Assembly: GCA_036785375.1 (NCBI GenBank)
Contig: JAWMAR010000134.1
Span: 1,302,001 to 1,366,000, forward strand
Reading direction: 5' to 3'
Origin: Leucoraja ocellata
Taxonomy: Eukaryota
DNA length: 64,000 nt
In this document: positions 13,831-27,334 of the stretch, one piece after another
Position numbering within the stretch: position 1 is the first letter of the stretch
Layout: every line of letters begins with the position of its first letter
Made by a program: the position numbers and the translations under genes
The notes under the pieces: generated by a model
Databases searched by the model: none
Told to the model about the DNA's origin: nothing
The model's input: the letters and a program-made list of their open reading frames with translations, nothing else

Positions 13831-16814
13831 ACCACGGGAAATTTGTGGGGGGAAAAAAAGTAATGAATTCAAGTTAAATCAAAGCTTAGTTTATTTTCAC
13901 TTCGTATTTCTTGACAAGTGCACAGATGGCCATTGTAGAGCATAAAGAGGTACACAAGACCTGCGATAGCTGAGACACGGGCAAAGCTCAAAAGACCAGC
14001 TTGGGTAGGACGAGTTGGAGAGGAAGGAAATTAGCATGCTTCACTCGAGGGCGATTGCTGGGCACGGATGTAAGGAAGTAGAACAACTTATTTGAGTTGC
14101 TGTTCATAAGGAAGAAGTAATGGCTACCGAGAACGCCAATATATACACAGAAATACAATGAGCAAAATAGATTCAAGTCTGAAACAGTACGAAGGAGTAC
14201 TGAAGGGACGGAATTTAGATTTGAGGCACGAGCATACCTGAGAGAGTAGTCTACAGTATTTTCTGGATAATCAGCGACTACCTCAGTGCCAATTTGAAAC
14301 GTACACAATGCAAGGGGGAGAGGTGGTGAGGACCAGAGGAAAATGTTGACAAATGAAACTAATCACATTTAACCAAAGATATATAATAAATTATGGATGG
14401 AGAAAGTTCAACGAACAATATCCTTGTTATACATTTGTATTTTGAAGGATTTGGTAATCTCAGGAAATTATATAAAGTAAGTTTTGCTGCAGCCCAGATG
14501 TTTATGCTTTCCATTGCCTCAAAGAGGCATATTAAAAAGCAGAGCACATTACAAATAATTTTTAAAAATGAATTTTATAGCTGATCAACATAGGACAAGC
14601 TCAAGAGATTAAACCAACCACATATTTAGGATCTTTTTTCTATTCATTTTTATGGAAGTATTAGATTAATACAAATCTGTCATTCTGCACTGCACTGTTG
14701 GTAACACACAAACAAATGCCATAATTGAGCATTGAGCTGTGACTAATATTAGATGCAAATGTCTGTGACTTTTCTGGAATCAATATACACAGTTCTAAAC
14801 ATGGTGCTCAAATAGGCATATTTGAAGTGCACACTTAATTAAAACAGGGCTGTCATCTTTGATTGATTCAAATGCAGGAATAAATTGCAGTTCCCAGGTG
14901 CATTTGCTCTCTATCTTCAACCTGACTGGCTTATATAGTTACCATATAATTACTGAAATACAAATGTCAAAACTAAATTTAATCATCTATGAAATGAGAG
15001 TCATTTTACATGGCACGTACATTCATTCATTTTCTGAAAATTATGAAGACACCAAATAAAATTAGTGGGTTGAAGAACAGTTGGAAAGTGGGATTTTATT
15101 TTCAACCATATATCAAAAAGCTGCAACAACCCTGATGCTTTCATGCAGTCTGGAAACAGGAATCCCGTGTCACTGCTGTATCACGCAGAGAGGCCACATG
15201 CCAGATTATTTCAACTGATACAGTCGTATGGGCTTCATGTCTATTTTTTTTCAAGTGAAATAACTTCATTTGCATTCTTTGAAATGGGGGGGACAAACAA
15301 ATTTACATTTAATTTAGTCATTTCAGCCCATGGCTAGTAGATACATAGCTGCGGGAATTAATTTGGTGGCATGAGGGCAATATTCCCGCGGCAATGTGTT
15401 TTCAATCGTATTAACTATAAAAATAGCCCCAGTAAATGAACAATTTGCTGATTTTCTTTTAAGAAAGCACATGCCTCGAGCCTGTATGTTTCCATTCATT
15501 AATTTATCTTTTCATGCCGGCTCTATGAGTTAATTTGATTTCATACTTTTAAGTTGTTATGTACTTAGTTGATCATCTTATGGTTCGACTGGAATTGCTA
15601 TCCTTCAACCCTTCGTTACTAATTTTTTATTGAGATGGGAAGCAGGGTTTAAGTGATTTCATCTCAACGCACTTGATCAATGTAATGGCTCTTTGTACAT
15701 GATAATGGACATCTTTCATCACTGCTACGTGAAGAAATCTTTTTTTGTCAGTATTTGCAGCACGATAAAGCAAGAAAGAATTCAGTCAAAATATTTTCAA
15801 AGTAATTATCAAAAATAAAAGATGGTTGCAATCTTTATATTTTTAAACAAAATTAATTAATATTCTATTCTACCATTACTGATTTGAGCATTAATCTTTA
15901 CAACAGGTTTCTTTTTATAAATTTAAAAACAAATTATTCTCCCCATCATACGTTCTGCAGACTCCCGTCATGTACCCTTTTCAAGAAAAAAAGAGCCATG
16001 CCACAGAAAGATTCAGTCGCCAATCCAACCCCTTCCCCCCCATTTTCCATCTTCACTGTACCATTTTAAAGATCAATAGCTCCATGTGAGCTGAGGTTCC
16101 GCACTTGATGATTGTACTTCTGCCACAGGCATGGTTAATGTAAAATCCATTTACATAATTTATATTTATGAAGCAAATATGAAAATATGTAAGATTTATG
16201 CTTGGAACTATAAATATCAAATGAATGCATCTCAGATCCATGTTATTCTTTCTCAATATTCTTTCTCAATCTGCAAGAAAATGCAGATTATGAATCGCTC
16301 AACAAACAGCCATTGTCTCCGGCCAATTGATACCTGGAGTCAGAATGATGTATTTTCCTTTACATACAGACACCAGAGTCTGGTAACAATGTCAAATGAA
16401 GATGTCTGTGACCTAGCAGAAGATTTGTTTTACCTTCAAATCAACAGTCTTAAATAATGGCTATGGAGTTACTGGGCAATGTTGAAAAGACTATGACATT
16501 CTTGCTTTATTTTACTTCCTCTGAAGGTATGACTTGCTTACAGAGCTCAAGGAATCTGGCGTCAAATATTCCATACTCCTTAATATTAAAAGGTGACTCG
16601 AATAAAGAATATCAGAACAACTTCGTGTTCTTTGACAAATTAAAGAATGCAAATGTTTAATGGGTCAATGCCTGCATTTGTGACTGTCCCACAATATCAA
16701 AGTGTAGTGCGATTGGGGGAGTTGGGAGAAAGACATCCCAAAGCATGATGCAGCAATGAAATACCTTTGAAATGTAATCTCAGTTGAATTACAGAAAGTT
16801 CAATAAAATGTTTA

Positions 16815-16985
16815 AAGCAACGATATTAAAGTGACTAGATAAGCTCAGGGCTAATGGAATCAAGGCATATGGGGATAAAGCAGGAACGGGGTACTAATTT
16901 TGGATGATCAGCCATGATCGTATTGAATGGCGGCGCTGGCTCGAAGGGCCGAATTGCCTACTCCTCCATCTATTTTCTATGTTTT
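16815..16985 (+). mobile_element. CR1 3' tail
   Basis: Reverse complement of the 5310-5460 tail (ggctcgaagggccgaat..cctactcct). Confidence 0.85.
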
Positions 16986-17779
16986 ATTTTGGCGATATCA
17001 ATTGAAAGAATGGCCAGGTTAGTTGTAATAATGTAAATTTCCCCCACTGAAATATCGATATGCGATTATTTTGTGTTTTTTTCTGAAGGAGCATCCGTGT
17101 AGAGTTTATGCTCTTCCTGTGTTTTTCAGTTTCTTGCAAATCCCCAAAGGTAGGAGTTACTTGGCCACTCTAAATTGCACCCAGTGCATCATAGGTATGT
17201 GGTAGGATATTGAGATCACTGAAGGAAATCTGACAAGAATTGGTTAAAAGGAAAATTAGTATGGGAATACAATTGCCATGTGAGCTATCACAGACTCAAT
17301 GGGTGATTAGCCTTTTATGCTGTATGGTAAACTGAAATAAGGAAAAAAAAAAAAAAACAGGTATACAGGAGTTCAGTTTCATTTCTCATCCATTGGATCA
17401 CACCTCTGACAATGGAGCGGTCACTCAGATCTGTAAATGATTCACAGGCTAGATTTCTGCATTACCGATTTTTAACGAAGTTGAACATACAAACTACTGA
17501 CACTGGGCCAACTTTGTCAAGGCCAAAATATACAGTTGCTTGTTCTTTATTTAAGCTTAAGTGCCCCTTCATGCAAAAAAATGAACAAGTACTCTCTCAC
17601 TCTATGGGCACTATTGTACTGGTTAAGGATAATTAATGTTGGATTGCAACTACATCTTTAGCACGCACACTACTTTCAATAGGTTGTAGTTTTATTTTAA
17701 CACACTCAACCATTTATGCACATTTTAATTAAACTCCAGCATTTGTCAAAAAAAAAGTTCCAGGGGCTATAAGACTTAC

Positions 17780-17890
17780 CAAGAGCAATTGAACTAGGAC
17801 CATTGACCCTCTGTGGAGTGCTCATGCTTGTTGATGTGTAGAGACCAGTCACGAGTAAGCCATCAAAGTATGTGCTTGTGGAAATAGTCA
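17780..17890 (-). CDS. RELN: Reelin, second coding exon (111 nt, phase 1-1)
   Basis: Acceptor tgtttttcAG (17892-17891). Reads (V)[36 protein letters not shown](G), matching reelin [22 protein letters not shown]. Donor G|GTAAGT at 17779. In frame with the first coding exon across a ~25.5 kb intron. Confidence 0.97.
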
Positions 17891-18169
17891 CTGAAAAACA
17901 TACAGGAAATCACATATGAACAATGAGGGCTTGGGAGACCAAACTGCAAACACAGCACAAAATACTCAGGCACTTTTGGGAATGTGCATGTGTCCATGTC
18001 GAATAAGGCACGGGCATTGAAAGTTAGCAGCATTTCCAACTCCACAAAATGAGTAAACACAATTATAACAGCTTGCAGCATTACTTCGGATTTACTTGTG
18101 TGTATGGAAATGCTGTTTACCAGATTAACAGCAGAGGATCAGATTCTGATGGCGAGTCAGAAATGATGG

Positions 18170-18466
18170 TACTTAGTTTCGAAGTGCAACGTAGAAATAG
18201 GCCCGTCGGCCCACCGAGTACGTGCCAACCCACGATCACTCGTACACTAGTTCTATCCTATTCACTGGGGACAATATACGGAAGCCAATTGGTCTACAAA
18301 CCTGCACATTTCTGGAATGTGGGAGGAAACCAGAGCACCTGGAGAAAACCCATGTGGTCACAGGAAAAACATGCAAACTCTGTACAGACAGCACCCATAG
18401 TCAGGATCAAATCCAGGTCTCTGATGCTGTATTGCAGCAACTCTACCTCAGCACCACTGTGCCGCG
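18170..18466 (-). mobile_element. V-SINE/HE1-like SINE
   Basis: Full-length homolog of 10667-10958. Confidence 0.82.
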
Positions 18467-18777
18467 CTTCCAAGCACGTGTAGCCCTTAATGCACCATTT
18501 GGGAGGCCAAAGGCAGTAGACATCATATCTGTTAAAGAGCACCTTTTCTGGCCACATTCCCCAAGTGGCCATTATAAATCTTGCAGAGATTCCCCAGGAC
18601 CTAATCTCTGATCGTAACTTAGTGAAATCTGGTGCAGGACAAAAGAACCCAAGATTGCAATGGCAAATGTAGGTCTGCAGAGAAGTGAAAGAGAAAGCAA
18701 GTACACTTTATATTAAAACAAACATGGTTTGGCTTAAAGCGTTCAATTTTTATAACATAGCTAATTTTGTTAAATGC

Positions 18778-18893
18778 TTAAGAAAGAACTGCAGATGCAA
18801 AAGAAGGGTCTCGAGCCGAAACGTCACCTATTCCTTCGCTCCATAGATGCTGCCTCACCTGCTGAGTTTCTCCAGCATTTTTGTCTACCTTCT
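18778..18893 (+). mobile_element. Penelope-type terminal-repeat insertion (HHR family)
   Basis: agaagggtctcgagccgaaacgtcacc..gatgctgcctcacctgctgagtttctccagc, preceded by a short inverted tail piece. Confidence 0.8.
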
Positions 18894-19231
18894 TATTTTT
18901 AAAAAAAAACATTTTTAACAGTAATTTCGTTCTTAATAAGTATTTTGTTTTTAATAGCATGTTTCTGCTATTCCCCCCCACACTGTTTTAACAAACAGCA
19001 AAACTGGAGTTGGAGGCTTTGTCACCCGTCAAAGACATTTATGAAGATTTCAGAAACTTGGCTTCTTTGGAGCAACATTGGGAGGACCACGCATCACTCA
19101 GGCCACACTGCTGGAGTCTGCTGACCTTATTGCTATATTTTTATTCAAAGGGTACGTATCTGAAATGCCAATGGTTTTCTTTCCACATTAACTAGTGCAT
19201 TGTTGACCGTTTATTGAGTTCATTGTAAAAT

Positions 19232-19400
19232 AAGACAAAGTACTGGAGTAACTCAGCGGGTCAGGCAGCATATCTGGAGAACATGGATAGGTGAGTTGGG
19301 AGCCTTCTTCAGACTGATTGTGGCAATCGGGACGGAAGAAAGCGGGAAGATAAGTGGAGACAGGACAGAGTCTGGCAGGTGATAGGTGGATACTGGTGAG
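19232..19400 (-). mobile_element. Penelope-type terminal repeat plus adjacent 3' body
   Basis: ctggagtaactcagcgggtcaggcagcat...ccttcttcagactg. Confidence 0.75.
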
Positions 19401-20059
19401 GCGTATACTGTTTTTGTTTCAGACTGCTATTAATTGTAATAGTTGTTTTACAATTTTTGAGCATATGATCAAACAGAAAGCAGCAGTTTCCTGGGTCTGT
19501 GGAGATCAGTGATCATTATGCTAAATGTGGTCGACAATGCAATGTCCTCATGATTGCACAATGGAGTTCATCAGCATTATCAAATTAGGCAGATTGGATT
19601 TCTGCAATTTATTAATTTTCTATAGAAAGGAATCATCCCTCCCTTTGACTTTATCCTTTTCCAAAACGATCTCTCCTTTTCCCAAACATACATGCTTGGA
19701 CTTCAGCATCGTATACATGTTCATCCCTTCATCCAATTTTTAACTCTGCATTAGCATTCCTTCCTAAAATCATCCTGGAAAATGCATCTTTACAAAACAG
19801 ATTTTAAAGTGGCACAACAAATAATTGGGCAAACAAATACACATCAAACTAACGTTGGAAACCAAATAAATCAAAGGCCTTGAAAAGTGAAACGTTTGAA
19901 GTTATTTTTTTATAAGATGCAAACAATACAAAGGCATGGAGCCAATTAGCTCAAGCATAACTGAACTTTACACTCAACACGTCAGCTCATCCTCAACAGC
20001 CCCAATCTCTCGTCCCATGAAATATCTCATCCCCATGTTTGAATTTGTTTCTAATTCAC

Positions 20060-20645
20060 CCCTCTTTTTTTCCTCTTACCTTGCCGGAGATACGATTGTT
20101 TTCCGGGTCGTATCTCCGGTCGCTCTGCGGCCAAACATCGTGGAGCTGCAGGCCTTGCTCGGGACTGACTTTGAGCCACACCGCGGGCTTACCATCGGAG
20201 CAGATTCCTTGCCTGGGATCGACGCCTTGATCCCTTGAAGCCTCGGGAGAGACCGAGTCGGGAGCTCCAAAACCGCACGACGTTCGATAAGCCCCGACCC
20301 GGGGTCCGATCACACGGCGCCCGATCATCCGGTGCAGGGAGCTGATAACCTCCGATGCAGGAGCTTGATCACCCGAACGAGGAGGCCCGCTGCCAGCTAT
20401 GGGAGTAAGATTATCCCATCAACAGAAGGCTCGAGACCCCCGACCGTGGGAGAATAATGAAGGGAAGAGATTGAACTTTTTTCGCCTTCCATCACATGTG
20501 AGGAATGTGGAGGAGTCACTGTGGTGGATGTTTATGTTAAAATGTATTTTGTGTGTTCTGTTGCTTTTTATTAGTATGACTGTATGGCAAATTAAATTCC
20601 TCGTATGTTGCAAAACATACTTGGCTAATAAAGTATGATTTTGAT
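20060..20645 (+). mobile_element. CpG-rich non-coding retroelement with Rex1/Babar-type 3' tail
   Basis: Shares cttccatcaca(t)gtgaggaatgtgg..gtggatgtttatgtta with 30090-30150, 49240-49320 and 60570-60650. Ends in aataaa plus short repeats. Confidence 0.7.
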
Positions 20646-21486
20646 GATTAATGGTTGTCAGGAACAAATGTCGAAACTTGCTTCAAGAGATGCTGGACAC
20701 CAAATGGGTGAATAAAACAAGTCAATTTCCCAATGAGAAATTTCACAATGAAGCTCACATCAGGTGTACTACATTGAACAAAAAATATTGCCAAATTAAA
20801 TGTCTGCATGGACTTTGTGCATGGAGCTTTGTCAAAATGCTTTTACAGGATGGATTGTAGAAATGATCAAGGGAACATACACTATTGACATTCTATTAGA
20901 TCATTTTACCAATACCAAAAATGGTCAGAGAAACAATGAACATCCTTAATCTGGCCTATATGTCAACGGCAAACTGACCGATGCAATTGACTTATTAACT
21001 GCCCTGAAGTGGCCAAGGAAGCGATCAGAAGTTGATGGTACATGTTCCCTTATGTATCTACACCTTTGGCTGTAATTATTATAGTGGATATACTTGAGTA
21101 TTAGTGGGCACAAGGAAATGGAATATAAAAATTAATATGAGAAATTAGGTCCCATTTTTCCACTAAAGATGTGAAGGTTATGGAATAAGTTGAATTCCTA
21201 AGGGTTAAGAGAAATAGCTTATGGCAACATAAGCCCAATTGCAAAATAATGAAAAGCTGGTAGACACTTATTGACACAAGTGGGGACAAAAACAGTCCTT
21301 TCAGCCCAGCACTTGCACAGTTCCGGTTGGACCCAGCCATAGTAATCCCATTTGTCATGGCAATTCAAAAATTTGTCTAGATGTTTCTTAAATGTTGAGA
21401 GTGTCTTGCTCAAGCATCTCTGCCAAATTCTTCCTATTGTGTAGCAGCCAAACTTATGCTTTATAAAGTGTGGTGTCAGGAGGTGA

Positions 21487-22274
21487 TGTCAGATTTGGCA
21501 GCGACTACACCAAAACTAGCAGTAGGGGGAACTCACGTGATACATTTTATTTATAGTGGTAAGAAAGTCCAGGAGTGCCCGGGGGTGCTGTTCCTCACCG
21601 TCAGAGCACATGTATGATGACGCTGGTGATCTTGGGCTTGTCCCAGCAGTCTAGTCCTGGTCTTCGAAGGAGGGAGCGTGGTGATCTTGGGCTTCTTTCT
21701 GCAGTTCACCCTGGCCTCGAGTGGAGGTGCTGAAGATTTAGTCTTGAGGATGCGGCACTGGTGGTTTCGGATTTACCCTGGCAGCCAGTCATTGTCTTTG
21801 TGTGTGTGTGTGCTGTCGGTGGAAAGGAAGAGATTCTGGCATCTCAGGGTTGCCCCAGCCTCAGGTAGAGGCGCTGGTTGTCTCGTACTTTTTTCCTGGT
21901 GAACCAGTCTTGACTACACAGCGACGCTGGTGGTCTTGGGCTTGTCTGAGTAGTTCAGTCTTCCTCGAACCTGCGACAGGGAAACACAGCTAGCAGGGAG
22001 GCGCTCCGCATTGTCCCCCTTCCTCATATTCTTCTTGCTCTATTTTATTCTTTTCTCTTTCTCTCCTGCAATTCTCGCATCTTCTCCCCTCTGGTTGGAA
22101 TGCCTGGGTTTGAGAGGTGGTTTTAATGGGAATTGGCTGACATGGTTCAAGTGGCCAACCAATATCAGTTAATTTGACCCAGCTGTTACCAATGATTGGC
22201 CTCTCCTGGTTTGTCAGCCAGTTAAAGGGATCAGAGCGGCATCCAAGGGAGAGGATGCTTTCATAAACGTTACA
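21487..22274. mobile_element. Possible solo LTR-like repeat
   Basis: TGTCAG...TTACA termini, GC-richer than flanks, three copies of ggtg(a/g)tcttgggctt. No TSD seen. Confidence 0.35.
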
Positions 22275-22630
22275 CGATAATTTCCCAGCTTGTATTGTGT
22301 GTCACAGGCAATGAAGGCCTACCAATGATGTCCTTTTAGGGATTTATGGACGTACCCCAAGGTCCTTCCATTCCTCAACACTCCCTTGGGGCATACATTT
22401 ATTGTGTATGGCCTGCCCTTTCTACCCACCTAAAATGAATCACTTCAGAAGTGTCAGGTTAAATTCCATCTGTCAATGCTCCGCACATCTTTTACAAACT
22501 GTAAACTAAGATAACTCCTCGTACCATTTGCAAAACCACAATTTTATATCATCTGTATATTTAATAACCATATCTCCTACATGGAGCATAGAACAGTACA
22601 GCAGAGGAACGGGCACTTCCAGCCACAATA

Positions 22631-24264
22631 CAGTGTCCTCCATAATGTTTGGGACAAAGACCCATCATTTATTTATTTGCTTCTGTACTCCATAATTTGA
22701 GATTTGTAAAAGGAAAAAAAAAAATCACATGTGGTTAAAGTGCACATTGTCAGATTTTATTCAAGGGTATTTTTATACATTTTGGTTTCACCGTGTAGAC
22801 ATTACAGCTGTGTTTATCCATAGTCCCCCCCATTTCGGGGCACCATCATGTTTGGGACACATGGCTTCACAGGCTTTTGTAATTGCTCAGGTGCGTTTAG
22901 TTGCTTCCTTAATGCAGGTATAAGAGAGCTCTCAGCACCTGGTCTTTCCTCCAGTCTTTCCAGCACCTTTGGAAACTTTTATTGTTGTTTATGTTTATCA
23001 ACATGAAGACCAAAGTTGTGCCAATGAAAGTCAAAGAAGCCATTATGAGACTGAGAAACAAGAATAAAACTGTTAGAAACATCAGCCAAACCTTAGGCTT
23101 AGCAAAATTAACTGTTTGGAACATCATTAAGAAGAAAGAGTGTATTGGTGAGCTTACTGATCGCAAAGAGACTGGCAGGCCAAGGAAGACCTCCACAGCT
23201 GATGACAGAAGAATTATTTCTATAATTAAGAAAAAAAACCCAAACACCTGCCCGACACATCAGAAACACTCTTCAGGAGTCAGGTGTGGATTTGTCAGTG
23301 ACCACTGTCCGCAGAAGACTTCATGAACAGAAATACAGAGGCTACACTGCAAGATGCAAACCACTGTTTAGCCGCAAAACTAGGATGGCCGGGTTACAGT
23401 TTGCCAAGAAGTACTTAAAAGAGCAACCACAGTTCTGGAAAAAGGTCTTGGGAACAGATGAGACGATTAACTTATATATCAAAGTGATGGCAAGAGCAAA
23501 GTATGGAGGAGAGAAAGAACTGCCCAAGATTCAAAGCATACCACCTCATCTGTGAAACACAGTGGTGGGGATGTTATGGCTTGTGCATGTATGGCTGCTG
23601 AAGGTACTTCATTGATGATACAACTGCTGATGGTAGCAGCATTATGAATTCTGTATACATAAAGTGTATAGACTCATCCTATCTGCTCAAGTTCAAACAA
23701 ATGCCTCAAAACTCATTGGCCGGTGGTTCATTCTACAGCAAGACAATGATCCCAAACATACTGCTAAAGCGACAAAGGAGTTTTACAAAGCTAAAAAATG
23801 GTAAATTCTTGAGTGGCCAAGTCAATCACCCGATCTAAACCCAATTGAGCATGCCTTCTATATGCTGTAGAAAAAACTGAAGGGAACTAGCCCCCAAATA
23901 AGCTAAAATTGGTTGCAATACAGCCCTGGCAGAGCATCACCAGAGAAGACACCCAGCAACTGATGATGTCCATGAATCGCAGACGTCAAAGCAGTCATTG
24001 AATGCAAAGGACATGCAACAAAATACTAAACATGACTTCTTTCATTTACATGACATTGCTGTGTCCCAAACATTATGGTGCCCTGGAATGGGGGGGACTA
24101 TGTATAAACACTGCTGTAATTTCTACATGGTAAAACTAAAATGTATAAAATTAGCCTTTATTCAAATCTGACAATGTGCACTTTAACCACATGTGATTTT
24201 TTTTCTATTACAAATCTCAAATTGTGGAGTAGAGGCAAATAAATAAACATTATGGAGGGCACTG
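22631..24264 (+). mobile_element. Tc1-like DNA transposon, near full length, IR/DR-type TIRs, inactivated DD34E transposase
   Basis: TA|CAGTG...CACTG|TA termini and ~200-bp TIRs with internal direct repeats (atgtttgggaca). ORF pieces GRPRKTS, TVRRRLHE, TDE and QQDNDPKH...PDLNPIE with 34 residues between D and E. Frameshifts and an in-frame TAA. Confidence 0.96.
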
Positions 24265-24319
24265 TATGTGTACTGAAGAGATGAAGTTGAAGTGATCGCA
24301 TCTGCTTGTACATGATCCA

Positions 24320-25570
24320 TATCAAGAGCCAAGAGTGTTTTATTGTCATATGTACCGAAAAACAATGACATTCTTACTTGCAGCAGCAACATAGCACTCT
24401 GTAAGCACCATAATAAACATGGACATTACAGTTTTCAGGATCCTATACGTTCTTCCTGATGGGTCTCGGATGATCCTATTCTCTTTTTGTGGCAGAGACT
24501 CCTGTAAATCCCTTCAATGGTGGGGAGGTCAGTACCTGTGTTCACCACTTTTTGCAATCTTCTTTGTTCCTCAGCATTCGAAGTTGCCGACTGAGACTGT
24601 GATGCAAACAGTCAATATGCTCTCTACTGTGCACCTGCAGAAGTTCAAGAGAGTATTCGTTAAAATACCAAATCTCCTCAGTCTTCTAAGGAAGTAGATG
24701 CGTTGATGGGCTTTCTTAATGATTGCATCAATGTTCTGGCTCCAGGACAGATCTTCAAAGACTAGTACGCCCAAGAATTTGAAGGTTATGACTCTCCACC
24801 ATTGTCCCATCAATGAAGACATGTTTGTGGATCCTTGGCTTTTTCCTACCAAAGTCAACAATAAGTTCCTTGGCTTTATTGATGTTAAGAACAAGGTTGT
24901 TGTTCTGGCCCCATTTGGTCAGTCGATCAATCTTCCTCCTGTACTCTAACTCGTCGCCATCTGTAATTCGTCCAATGGTGGTGTCGTCAGCGAATTTGAA
25001 GATGGAGTTAGAACTGTGTTTGGTCACACAGTCATGGGCATCGAATGAATAGAGCATGGGGCTGAGCACACAGCCTTGAGGCACTCCTGTGCTGATGGTT
25101 ATTGAGGAGAAAGTGTTGCTGCCAATTCGTACTGATTGTGGTCTGGTGATGAAAAAGTTGAGTATCCAGTTGCAGAGAGATGCGCAGAGACCTACATCCC
25201 ATGAGCTTGGAAGCTAGTTTGGAGGGGATGATGGTGTTGAACGCTGAGCGGCAGTCTATAAACAACAACTCGACGTGTGTGTTTTATTGTTATGCATTTC
25301 GTTATCTCTAATGCATTTCGTTGTCTCTGTACTGTACACTGGCAATGACAATTAAATTTTAAAAAAATTAAAATTAAATTGAATCTATTGCATAAGGGGT
25401 CTAGTGCAGAGTGGAGAACCAGCGAGATTGCATCCTCCCATTGTCATGTTGTGGCGGTAGGCAAATTGTAGTGGGTCCTGATTCTTGTTGACCATAATCA
25501 ACCTCTCAAAGCACTTCACCATGTACTTTAGTGCCACCGGTTGGTAGTCATTGAGGCATGTCATCTTACT
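24320..25570 (-). mobile_element. Rex1/Babar-type LINE 3' part
   Basis: [54 protein letters not shown]. Confidence 0.92.
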
Positions 25571-27247
25571 CTTCTTAGATTTACTCTTAAATCAAAATAC
25601 AGAAATGTGTTTTATAAATTATCCTTGAAACAGAGCTGAAACTATTACAGTTCAGCAGCCTAATTAAAAGGTACAGGAAAGGAACGGATTAGGATTGGAC
25701 TGGCTGAACAGTATGGTAAAACTTCAGCACTACTCTGATCAATTAGCTTTTGCCATGTTTTTCTTTTCCAAACGGTAAATCAAAATTGGCATGATCCAGT
25801 TCACTGGGGAATCAGGAGAGATGCTGAGTTGCTATCACTTGCTTTATGCTATTAGGCAAAAAATAAGATATTTTCAGTTTATCTGTAAACAGCAACGATG
25901 TCACTGCTTAGAGCCATTTAATAAAAACCATGGGTAGTGCAAATATAAAGTGAAGTGTTATTAATATTCCTGGCAGGGTGAGAAAGTGATACTTCAGAAG
26001 TGTAAGCGACAAGATTTTAAATCCTATGAATCTCTTTGCTATTCTTCATTAACCATTTGCCTTTGGTTGAAATATAGAATATTTCACAGGAACGTATATT
26101 GCTTTCAACAGCATGAGGCAGAAGGAAACCAACATACACAACACTGTTCTAACCCCCTAAATTGCTAAATTAAAGTTACCAATTTAATCAGAATTAAACT
26201 TTTGCTGACAACTGAGCTGATGATTCAGACAATATAGAAATCAATAAAGACAAAATAGAAAAATAAAAAATGATCCATGTCTAATCAATTTGATCACGAC
26301 AAACTTTCCTTAAAATAGGTACATTTAAATTCCAGACTGAGATCTTAATAGAGACATTCTCCTATCAAGTGGTGCAATGACTGTACTTCTTGTATTTTAG
26401 ATCTCCATTCTGCTCCCATTTTTCATTGTTGTGTGTTTTTTACCTCTTTCCCAATCAAAAAAATCATTTGCTGGTGCTATTCTTGATTCATTGGTAATCA
26501 TCTTTCGAAGTTTGTTTAGGCAAATCCTTATGCCATTCCAAAAAGACAAGCATCTGAAAACACCAACAATTCAGCAAAATAAAAGGTCACCTTGTATGTT
26601 ACCTTCCCAAGAACCAAGCAGGATCCATTTAAATATAACCAGTGGGATGCTGGCACTAAATGAGGAAAAAAAGCAGCCAGCTTGCCAGTTGGAGGGAGTG
26701 GGAAATTTGCTGACTTCTCTACGAAGCTGTGTCAATCATGGTAAATAAAGGTTTGGGGAGCTAAATGGCCATGCAGGCTTGATGGGAAGCTTTATTCAAA
26801 GGCTCATCGAAGTGAATACTGGCTAAGCTACTATTGAGAGACACGTGGAAGAACAACTGCGTCTACTTCTACTGCAACTAAAAATCTTTGTTTGCAGACT
26901 TTCTAACATCATAGAACTCCAATTTCGAGAAATTAGCTAATAATATACTGCCCAGCAGTCATCTTGGTTGTCTCTTTCAGGACCAGTACCAAAATGGCAC
27001 AGGTTGGAGCAGCATTAGGAACAAGGTTACTTATTGATTTGGTAAAATCATTTTGACATATTTTTCCAATGTTTCTCTCTTCACATGTAGTTAACTTGCC
27101 ACAACCTTAAATAATTTCCTTCACTGACATTTACTTTTTTTTTCTAAATTTAAAAAAAAACTAGCGCATCCTGGGGGTTCAAGTATATTTACGACTTTGG
27201 CTTTGTAATTCTTAGGAATGCAATACACCAAAAGGTGCAGCATTTAC

Positions 27248-27334
27248 AGTGTCACTGCAGAATATTTTTGTTATTTTAGGGTCTTCACGCCCATCAAAGA
27301 CCCTAAAATAACAAAAATATTCTGCAGTGACACT
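27248..27334. repeat. Perfect 38-bp inverted repeat with an 11-nt spacer
   Basis: 27248-27285 is the exact reverse complement of 27297-27334. Confidence 0.95.

Noticed and set aside
13940-14330. Purine-rich, CpG-containing block with a 106-aa minus-strand ORF
   Set aside because: Stops in all plus frames and no recognisable protein or repeat, so left unassigned.
1-17779. RELN third coding exon ([21 protein letters not shown]-like)
   Set aside because: Not found by eye; probably lies beyond the window start.
18049-18611. Overlapping 144-aa and 129-aa ORFs
   Set aside because: Antisense readings through a SINE.
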